A stretch of 64,000 nt of DNA from Macrostomum lignano (lineage: Eukaryota): contig NIVC01003363.1 in assembly GCA_002269645.1 (NCBI GenBank), positions 3,868 to 67,867 of the forward strand. The letters are read 5' to 3'. The notes under the pieces were generated by a model. The model saw only the letters and a list, made by a program, of their open reading frames with translations, was not told where the DNA came from and searched no databases. Below are positions 1 to 10,600 of this stretch, piece by piece. The translations under genes and the position numbers were made by a program. Numbering within the stretch: the stretch's first letter is position 1; each line of letters opens with the position of its first letter.

Positions 1-2376
1 CTCACCTCCGGCCAGCAGGGCGATGCCGCCGGAGCCGCCGGCAGCGCGCCAGATAGCGACAGCCTCGGCCAGCTTCGCCGCGTCGCCTTCGCCTAGGCTT
101 GGGAAGTCGGCGGTGTCGGCGGTGTCAGCGGCGTCGGCGCGGAGCATCAGGCGGAGCAGCGAGGCCAGCCAGGCGTGGACCCGCTCCGCCACGGCGGACA
201 CGTCACCAGCCAGCTCGGTTGTCATGACAACGGCTGCCAGGAAGCGGGTCCCGGGGCACCGGCGTCGAGCAACCGAAGTCGAGCGGCCTCCAGCGCCGTC
301 CGGTTGTTGCCGACGATGAAATTCGCCACCGCGGGCGCTGCCACAGGCGCCGGAGCCGCAGCCTCATCAGCCTGCAGCAGCTTCAGTGCAGTTGGCGGCA
401 GCCGGGCGTCGACGCCCCGCAGCCGCGCGGTCTCCAAGGCGGCCTGCAGAGCCGCGCCGGCCGCAGCCGGAGCCACCGGCACCGTGGGCCCGCTGGCGAT
501 CACCTCAAGCGGGTCGCCGACAACGTCGGAGAGGACGAGGCCAGCCAGCTGGCAGCCGCGCGCGCGGCACCGGAGCGCCAGACCGCCGGCCTTCACGGCA
601 TCCAGACGGGTGCGGACGGCGTTGAGCTCCGCGATGGAGAAGCCGGCGGTGGACAGCGCCCGGGTGGCGGCCCGGTAGTCCGGCAGCGGCAGGCGGGGCC
701 AGGCCAGCAGAGCGCTGCCGCCGCCGGTCACCATGGCAACCAGGAGGTCGCCGGGGCCGAGGCTGTCAATCAAGTCGGACACGGCCCGGCTGCCCATCAG
801 CACCGTCTCGTCTGGCAGGTTGTCGCGGGGACCCTCGAACACCTGCGGGTTGGCGCGGCCAGGTGCTCAGAATTTACCCGGGTTTTATCAGCTGACCAAG
901 GCTAACTAACTAACTAAATAAGTAATAAGGCGCCTCAGCCATTGAACAGGCTCTTCCGCCACTAGAGATAAATATAGATTCCAGGTTGGGAGTGTACTAA
1001 TGTACACTAAGATCCTAATTAGAGCTGAGAGGACTGTACATCGAGCCGGGCAAGCGGCGCCAGTCAGGCCGAGAGCGGGCCCTCGACCCCCGACCCTCAG
1101 ATCGTACGCCTATCCCAAACCCAATTGGCTTATCTAAACCTCCCCGGGGGACAGCGAGGGTTCGACGTACCAGTCAGGAAGCCCGTGCCCAAAAAATCCT
1201 GGTTAGTAGACCCCATAGCCTATTAGCGTTGGTCCGAAGACCGAAGGCCGTGGCTACCCGCTGGGGCCGACCGCCCACCACCCCCCGGGTACTCTTGCCA
1301 AGACAGTCTCTTATCTTTGAAGCGGCAGGAGGGCTAATCGCCGGGACTATTTCACCCTTTGCTTCGCCAACCCACCATTTCTATAGTGACCGTGCCAACG
1401 GTCCCGTCCTGTTCAGACTCAGTCCTGGTTTTGGCACACTACAGCTTTAATAGAGTCGCTGGCTGTTCGCTCAGAGGGCACTCCGAGGGGGACCGTCAGA
1501 GCACCAACTGGAACAGGTATAGGCCTGCCTACCTATACAGCTACCCACAGCCCTTCCTGATCCACTATTACCCTCCAACCCAGCCTACTAACTCATGACA
1601 AGCTTTCGGCCTGGCAGAGACAAGTTTCACAGGGGTACTGCGGTTAGGCGTCTCTATGCGAGACAAAACCATCAGCTGACCAAGGCTCGATTCCACCCAT
1701 TAGCTAAACAGCAATTACACTCTGCAACAATTCTGTCCGCCCTACAAGCTTTCCGCGCCACATTCTCTACTTTCTACTTATCAGTAGACGAACCGGCTCT
1801 GACAGCTAATTGGATATCTGAATCTCGTGACACCTCAGTCACCCTGGCGCAACGCCCTCTCCCAATCATCGCACATGTACACTCTGGGCCTTGGGGGCTG
1901 GCCTCATGGAAGTGGATCGCATGACAACCCGGCCAACCAAGCGTCAGACGCACCCGAATGCGGCTTGCCAGGCCGCTATCGTCCGGCAGACGAAAGCCCA
2001 GCCCGGCGCTCCGTTCAGCGCGCGTCGGCGCCGGCGCCAGCACGACGCCACCCAGAAAGCGCCGGCCGAGGCGCGCCAGCGGCAGTCCGCACGCCATCCC
2101 GCCGGCAGCCTTGCCGAAGGCCACAAAGCCGACGCCGCCTGCGACGTCAAAGTCGCGACATTCGCCGGCGCTGCTGCGGATCCGCAGGCGCAAAACTTCT
2201 CCATCCTGGACGTCGCTGAGCAGCTCGATGGAGCGGCGCACCAGCGACTCCGGGTCTACGGCGGCCACACCGGCTGCGAAGGCGTCGCAGAGGCGGCTGC
2301 CCACTGTGGAGGCTGCGGCGGCGGACATCCGGCTGAGGCCGCTAATTCGAAGCACGGCTGCTGCGGCTGTGAGCAT
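1..2376 (-). CDS. GLYCTK: Glycerate kinase (MOFRL family), arm-1 copy, 3' part runs off the window
   Basis: Exon 1 2376-1954 (FGKAAGGM motif), GT-AG intron 1953-843, exon 2 from 842 (VFEG..DNLPD, VTGGGSALL, ELNAVR..L..VKAGGL, LSDVVGDPLEVIASGPTV, NFIVGNN). Apparent frameshift near 245-255. Confidence 0.9.
904..1670 (-). mobile_element. Non-coding non-LTR retroposon (SINE-like or internally deleted LINE) in the glycerate kinase intron
   Basis: Flanked by a 17-bp direct repeat ATCAGCTGACCAAGGCT (887-903 and 1671-1687). The minus-strand 3' end is a short-repeat tail (TTATTTAGTTAGTTAGTT). No convincing ORF. Confidence 0.75.
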
Positions 2377-2792
2377 CAGGAGAATTGGGTCGGACAGCTG
2401 TCACGTGACTGGGCTTTATCTAGCTCGTAATAGCATCCTATGACATCTGAGCTACCGGAATGCTCAATCAGCTGTCTTATCAACAGACGAAATGAAAAGC
2501 CACAGATACTGCTAACGAGGTGAAGAATCGATGAGTAGTATGCTGTTGACATTACTACATGTAGAATTTTAAAATCTTTTTAATTTTAATCTGAAAAACT
2601 GCTCGAACGCATGCTTATACAACTTTATTTTTACTGTTTTTTGGCATTTGATTTTTAATGCAGAGCAGTCTGAGCAGTTTTTTATCAATGTACCGAGCAA
2701 TTTTAAGCACTAGGCTGCTAATTTCCTCACATTCAGAACTATTGAAAAATTTTAAAGCTTTGATTTAGATGAAGTTATATTGGAAAATGTCT

Positions 2793-3538
2793 CAGGTGAA
2801 GTGTCCCAGTCTGAGGACCAATGGCGGGTGAGGTGTCCCAGTCTGAGGACCAATGGCGGGTGAAGTGTCCCAGTCTGAGGACCAATGGCGGGTGAAGTGT
2901 CCCAGTCTGAGGACCAATGGTGGGTGAAGTGTCCCAGTCTGAGGACAATGGCGGGTGAAGTGTCCCAGTCTCAGGACCAATGGCGGGTGAAGTGTCCCAG
3001 TCTCAGGACCAATGGTGGGTGAAGTGTCCCAGTCTGAGGACAATGGCGGGTGAAGTGTCCCAGTTTCAGGACCAATGGCGGGTGAAGTGTCCCAGTCTCA
3101 GGACCAATGGCGGGTGAAGTGTCCCAGTCTGAGGACAATGGCGGGTGAAGTGTCCCAGTCTCAGGACCAATGGCGGGTGAAGTGTCCCAGTCTCAGGACC
3201 AATGGCGGGTGAAGTGTCCCAGTCTGAGGACAATGGTGGGTGAAGTGTCCCAGTCTGAGGACAATGGCGGGTGAAGTGTCCCAGTCTCAGGACCAATGGC
3301 GGGTGAAGTGTCCCAGTCTCAGGACCAATGGCGGGTGAAGTGTCCCAGTCTGAGGACAATGGCGGGTGAAGTGTCCCAGTCTCAGGACCAATGGCGGGTG
3401 AAGTGTCCCAGTCTCAGGACCAATGGCGGGTGAAGTGTCCCAGTCTCAGGACCAATGGCGGGTGAAGTGTCCCAGTCTGAGGACAATGGCGGGTGAAGTG
3501 TCCCAGTCTCAGGACCAATGGCGGGTGAAGTGTCCCAG
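2793..3538. repeat. 31/32-bp minisatellite, about 23 units
   Basis: Unit GGCGGGTGAAGTGTCCCAGTCT(G/C)AGGAC(C)AAT repeated head-to-tail between GMF and glycerate kinase. Confidence 0.95.
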
Positions 3539-4139
3539 CATTGACTACTCAGTAATTCCACAGACAAAGGTCCTAAGCAACAAAACTAAAGGCAGAGGAA
3601 AGCAGAACAGGTGTTTCTGTTGCACAGGACATCTCGTGTTGCTGATCAAAGCTAAACAGCACAAATTGATTTATTGTCAATTAGAAAAATCAGCTTTGTG
3701 GTTGTCATCGGCTTGCCAAGAATAAAAATTGATTGATTATTCGGAAAGATCAGGTTTAATAGATAAACGGCTAAAATTTTAGACAGGCACAAATATGACA
3801 AGTCTTTATAACCATGGATTTATTAAAATTTACATGCTAAAAAATTAACGAAGCAGGAATACATGAGAAGCGATTTCATCCAAAGCCTTCCCAGGTGGCA
3901 GCACAATTAACAGAATTCTGTTGCAGACAGACAAAAACATGGTATAACAGCTTTGAAATTGCTGGGGTGGCATCCAGGGCGATAAGCTGAGTATAAACTG
4001 AAATCTCAGGCGAATCAAAGCATGTAAGTTATTGGCATAAATATGAATAAAATTTCTAGCCTAAAACAGCTCGCACACACCAAGCAAGTTTCAGTGGAGA
4101 CAGGCAGGACATCCGGCAGCTACAAAACACAGGCCGAAG

Positions 4140-4580
4140 TCACCGGTAGAACTCCAGCTTCTGCTGCAGCCATTCCTCGTCCAGTTCGTCCGTGCTGCGA
4201 ATTTCGAACACCTTGGTGAGGCCGACCACATCAATGACGGTCTTGATGGTGCCGGTGTACAGCACCTGCAGCTCCGGGTTGCTGTCACGCGGGGTGCTGA
4301 AGATGAACATCAGCGGGTAGGTGACCCGGCCGTCAGGGTACGAGTGCACGTAGCTCAGCAGCAGGTAGCGCGGCTGGTGCTCGGACAGCTCCTCCACAAT
4401 GTCCTCAATGCTGCAGTCCTGAACCTCGGTCTCCACGCAGACCTCCATCTTCTCGCGGTCGATTTTCAGCACAATGGCGGCCACATTTTTCTCCTTGCGC
4501 AGTCGGAATTTCTTCAGCTTCTGCTGCAGCTCGTCGGGCAGGCTGCACATGTAGCCCGAGGATGCGCCGGATTTGCCTGC
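4140..4580 (-). CDS. GMF: Glia maturation factor (ADF-H domain), arm-1 copy
   Basis: KLKKFRLRKEKNVAAIVLKID, QPRYLLLSY, DGRVTYPLMFIFSTP and TKVFEIRSTDELDEEWL match GMF-beta/gamma. The coding block starts right after a TTGCAG acceptor. An upstream ATG exon was not located; an internal Met (MCSLPDEL) is available. Confidence 0.92.
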   Translation of the reverse strand, partial: AGKSGASSGYMCSLPDELQQKLKKFRLRKEKNVAAIVLKIDREKMEVCVETEVQDCSIEDIVEELSEHQPRYLLLSYVHSYPDGRVTYPLMFIFSTPRDSNPELQVLYTGTIKTVIDVVGLTKVFEIRSTDELDEEWLQQKLEFYR

Positions 4581-7003
4581 CTGCAAGGTCCGGGGTTCGA
4601 GTCCTAGAACATTAAATTGTAATCAAACTGGCAATCGTTTTCTCAATTTCTCTGTAAATGTATAATTTTCCCTTTTCCAATGTATATTTACTGTTTATTA
4701 TATTTTCATTTGTAAAGAATAGTTTTTATTTAAATTGACATTTTGCATGCACATTGGCAAGTCATGGTTGTCTATGTGACTTAATTAATGTTTTGGCAAA
4801 TTCAAAAAGGTAGAAGTATACTATATGTAGCATATATTGCAACTATAGGAGTTTTTGGCTTTCAAGATATTGTGATTTAAAAAAAAACAAATTCAGAAGC
4901 TGCAATTAAAACAAAGAATAGATTATCTAAGTTGCCAACAAGTAATTGAAGTTATTCATTGCAAATTTAGAAATCATCATATAAAATAGGCAAAAACTAA
5001 AGCATATATTAGTAATATCTTTGTGACACCATATCAATAATGCCCTAAGTAGCTTATATAGCAATTGGCTTGCCAACTTAGCATTTAGCAACCTATGCCA
5101 ATGAGACATGCCAGGTTTTCTATATCAGGTCACAGCTGAAATTAAAACCTACACCATATAGTAGAGATGGAATAAAAATTTGGTATTCATATTTGGTATT
5201 TGGAAAGTAGGTTATTTTTTGCTATTTAATTCATCATTGGATTCATTTAAATTTTTAACAAATATAAGAATAAAACAAAAGCAACTCCAATATTTTAAAT
5301 ATTTAAGTTTGTATAAGAAAAATATTAATATATTAGTATTAGATTTGGTAGATAGCATCTACAAATGGGCTAGTGAATTAGTTTAATAGTGAGATAGTGC
5401 ACTTTTCTATAATACTGTATATTCTTCTAGTATATTTTTGCTATGATAACAACCTATCATTTCTTAGAAAATATAATATTCAAATGTCTGCTAAAATATC
5501 TTTGTGTTAATGTTGTGATACAAAATAATTTTCTGCAAATAAATTTGTTTTAAATAGACCAGTCAACTAGTATAAATAGAAGCCCCAAGTGGGCCAAGGA
5601 AGGCAACTTGCAGAGACCTGCAAACCTGCAAACTTGCAAGAACTTAGCTGATGGCTAAGTTTTCACTAAATCTATACGTATTTTTTATTTGGCTTCTTCA
5701 ATTATTAAGAATTAAAAGCCCCAATTTGGGAGAGTTAAGATATGCTAAAAAGTAAGAATTGCCTTAGAGCAGTAGATCACCATTGGGCAATAGATTGCCT
5801 CAGAGCAGTAAAATGCCTTAGAGCAATAAATTGCCTCAGGGCAGTATAAGGCTAAGAAGCTGTGACCCTCTGATCCCAGGAATATCTAGGACTAAGAGAA
5901 GAACCCTTTAAAAGAGTAAAATAGGAGTATAAGGATAGGGTAGACAGATTTGGCAAATTTTGGCATATTTTTGTTGGTAATAAAAGCCTGTTGGCATAAA
6001 TTAGTCATATAATCGCTCTTAGCCAATAGTGACTTGCATAGGCCTATGTATATTGCCAATAGAAATGGCCAAGTGATTCCCAAGGTTGCGCATGTATGCC
6101 TTGGCAGATATATCTAGATTGGCCTATAGGATTTTTTTATTATAGCTAATTTGGTCAGAATTCTATTTAAAAGACTAGCCCCCCTAAAATGCCCATGGCA
6201 AATAAAATAAAAATATACTATAATTCTAGTTCTAGTTTATAGTCTGGGCCTATGACTGTACTTATATCCAAAAAGTTCATAGTTTCCTAGTAAATAATAA
6301 AATATTATAAAATAATATAAAATAATAAAAATGAAGGATTACAGGCCTATGCAGCTATGCTATAATCTAACCTGCCAATTTCATAATCTGGTAAAATACA
6401 AGAAAGAAAACTAGATAAATTGCAGTTAAAAACCTATATAAATGTATTTATACTCATGTATATATTCATGTACACCTATATATATATATATATATATATA
6501 TAAGTATTTCAATTATTTTTTTAATGAACTAGGCCCTATATAAGCCTGCACTGCCTCACATGCTTAAATCAATGCACAAGTTGGGGCAGAAGTCTTATTC
6601 AGCAAAGTAACTTGGGTTTGCATCAATTACTACAACCAAAATTCCACAAACTGCCGTGGAAATAAGCAGGTATCATATCATTGACATGACAGACACCAAT
6701 TACACAGGACAGTGCCATGGTGACATTTTTGTTATTGGCGTGGGACTGTGGAAAAAAACATTGATACACATTTATTCATCATTATTTTAATAACCTACGC
6801 CTACATTGGTAATGGTATCCATCCATATACTAAGAATTATTGATCTTTTACAAGAAGTTTATAGACAGTTTGCATTACAAACAGACAGTGATGTCACCGA
6901 TTCGAATGAGGCTGACGCTGTCACCGACTGACAAAATTAGACACGGAAGCATCTGAACTTGTCACCGATCTGACCAGTAGGCCTAACCGAATAAAGCATA
7001 CAA

Positions 7004-7045
7004 TAATGAATAATGAATAATGAATAATGAATAATGAATAATGAA
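7004..7045. repeat. (TAATGAA)6 microsatellite in the divergent GMF/importin-beta upstream region
   Basis: Six exact 7-bp units. Confidence 0.9.
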
Positions 7046-7693
7046 AAAAAAGTTCCACATTTTCACACCAACCGCGCCAGCCAGATTTCAGTAAAGCTCG
7101 GAAGTGTTCTTTGAAAATAAAGAAATTAAATTCTATGTTGTTTTAAACAAATATTTTTGTTTTTTATTTTTTCGCACAATTTTTTCAAAGCTTTGAAATT
7201 AGCATAGTAAAAACGTTTTATTAAAAGTCGTAGTTCTTCACTAAAAGCTTTAAAATATTTGCATTTATTGGACCACCCGATCGTAAATGATCGTCGCCCT
7301 TAAAATGTCACTCAAGTTGCGCACGTTAACCATCTATTTTGTCGCTGGCCCCATAGCTGTCAACCGACTATACCCACGTTCTCTTGCTAGCTGTTAGTAG
7401 CCGTTATTCGGTTATTACCTTCCAAATTATTTGTAGTTTATTTAGGCCTGTCAGTATCAATCCTCAACTTGGTTTCTAAGTTTCTTTTAAAAGGCTGCTG
7501 GGTAAATTTTTCCTCCAGTTTAGTTTTCAATCTGGATAGAAATATTCTTCGCTAGCTAAAATATATTTCGAATCATCTAGTTAGATTATATTTAATATTT
7601 TTTTTGGTTGGAAAGTTCGATTTATACTTAAAAGATATTCTATATTTAGGCCCTATAGTAATTAAATATCTCAAAAAACAGACCAGCCCAGGC

Positions 7694-10600
7694 ATGAGCA
7701 TTGTCACTGTTCTAGAAAACTCACTTTCTCAAGGTAAGAATAAGTTTGTTGATTTTTACTTTCTTATAACTATACTAGAGCTACACTTACTAGTTGACCT
7801 AGAATAAGACTAAGTAATTATTTGTTGAACAGTATATCTTAGCTAGGCTAAGCCTACTAGTACTAGTACTAGGTCCTATTATTCAATGAAAAAATAAGAC
7901 TGGTTAGGCCTATAGCTTTTTTGTTTATAGGTATATGGCAGATTGGCAGGTGGATTACAGTTGTTTCAGTGACAAGACATTTTGGCGACAGTAATTTTAG
8001 TGACAAGCAAAAGCCAATTTGGTGACAAGAAAAATATCCTTTGGTGATGTCCATTTTGTTTTTAAATAGTAAATTACCTTGCAAATCTTAAGAGATATTA
8101 AACCTTAACTTTTTTAATTATATTCTGTAATGGTAGAGTATTGCTTTGTTTAATTTGTTTATTTACAATTCCAGATTTGCAATCTATTGAATTTATGTTT
8201 CCAATCTAATTCCTATTGTGTCTAGTGAATCCACATTCTAGATCATGTAGTATATGCCCAAAAATTTGGGCATGCATGGGCCTTGCATGCCAAAAGTAGA
8301 CATGCACAGTTGGTGTACATCATTCCTAAAAAATATACCTGGCATGCACTTTATTGAATCATGCAGAAGAGTTATTGTGAAATAGACAAAAAGGTAAAAA
8401 AGTTCATTTTTAAGCATTAATTTCCTTCTTTATGGGTTTCTAGGCTCGTAAAAAGGCATTTAAACAAACCTTTGTGTGTATCAATTTTCTACTATAAATA
8501 GTATTGCCTAAAAAGTAGAAAAATTAACCAAAATTATTTGTCAAAAAGGGTCTATTATGCAATGAAAAGAAAAAAGGTCATTTTTTGTCACAATATAATT
8601 CATAAAAAGGGTCATTTATTGTTGCAACATTGGCGGAGTTTTAAGAATAGGCATGCACTCATTCTTTTTTTCATCATGCATTTGTAACTATTGATTTTTG
8701 TTTGGGCATGCACCTGTTTTCTCTGTTTCAATATATCTGTTTTTCCCATAGTCAGAATTTCATGAGGATTCTCTAGGTTTATGGTCTATATGTCTAAATA
8801 TTCTGGGGCAATTCAAAACAATCTGCATAGAAAAAAAACCATATAATTAGTTTGATTTTTTTCCTATATACTAATCTTTCAATAGAAATTTTCAAATATG
8901 AACAAAACATAAATCTCAACCAAATAATTACAAGCTGATATTATGAAGCACCTCCTGTCACTAAAATGACTATACTTATAAATTATTTCAGTTTGTATCA
9001 AAAATGAAGTATGTCTGTAACAAAAGCAACTTGTTACCAAAACAACTATTTATCAGTAAAACATCTCACCAAAACAACTGGTACCCATGGCAGGCTACCT
9101 TTTGAATGCCATTGGCATATTTTCTTAGAGTTTGTATATTTCTACATTTTATTCATTGACATTGTTTTTTATTTCTGTATTTTTAGGCTTATAAGCTTTA
9201 AAGTCTAAAATGGCAAAGGGAAGGTAGTAATATGTTTGTGCCAGATAATTTTATAATACATTTATAACTTAATTAAAATTGCACTTACTATTTATAGATT
9301 TGACATTAGGCCTATAAGCTCAGTTTTTGGATCCAACTAAGAACCAAGATAAGAAAGCAGCTTTTTAAATTTACAACAATAATGGCCAAGGCACTAAGAT
9401 AATAAGAGGGTCAAAATGTAGCATCTATATATTAAAAATGGTTTGTTGGTAGGTAAATAGGTATTTATATAATCAATTTAAAAAAATGGCTTAACCAATA
9501 TTTTAAATAATAACAACAACAACCAAAAATTATATAGCCTTGCAAGCAAAGTCACAAAGCAGGGTATATTGGATAGCATGTCATCACAGAGCCTAATAAT
9601 AGATAAACTCTACCTTATTGGCAGTGTTAGGCACCTTAATATTGCATAAAAGGCAGTTTACATATAGATAGGTTTGGCCTTGACCCCACCTAAAATTCTT
9701 CAAACTTGCACCATTCAATTAAAAATTTTCCTATGATAGTACATGTGTCTTGGCCAGGCGCCACAGAACAGGGGGGGCAGGGGGGGGGCAGCTGCCCCCC
9801 TGACATTGAGTTGCAGGGGGGCATTGCCCCCCTCAAATACCATTCAATAGCATAATTTTGCTCAAATTTTTGGTCATTGTCCAAGACAGGGTCTGGGCTT
9901 GGAAACTTGGTCTTTCCAAGACCAAGACCAAGTTTTGGAAACTTGGTCTTGCCCCCCTGGCAAAAACTTGTTCCGCAGCGCCTGGTCTTGGCTAAGAAAT
10001 TGCTCAATGTTAAAGGGAATAAATATTAAAAAAACATGCTTTTTTGCAAAGGCCAAGCAAACTTGTTGACTTGAAATACATTGCAAGAATGCTAGAGAAA
10101 AAACTGATTAGCTGAATTCTAATGCTACTAAAAATTGTATCATAATTGTGTTGTAACTTCAACTTGAATTACCTCATTGTGTTGAACAGGTTTCTAGTTC
10201 TTTTGTCTGCTGACAGCTCATTTGCTAAGTGGACAAAAAACCTTTTTCTTTTAAAACTATTTGTCTACTGGGAAATAAGGATAGGGATGAGAATAGGGTG
10301 GGGAGCCACTTAACAATGTCTTTGTTAATAGTATTATGTCTAAAACTAGTATAGATTGTCATGTTCAAAGATACCAACCCCTGCAACAAATTGGACCACA
10401 TTTAGCATGGTTAACTATATAAGCAAATGAATTAAAAAATATTTTAAAAAATCAAAACAAATTTAAATTTTGTTTTGCAAACCTCTTTTCTAAAGTTTAT
10501 GTATTAGTCAATCAAAGTTGGTATAATGTGCCGATTTTGAAATATCAATTTGGTATATCAACATGGTATATCAAGATTAATAAGCATTAATTTGAATGCT

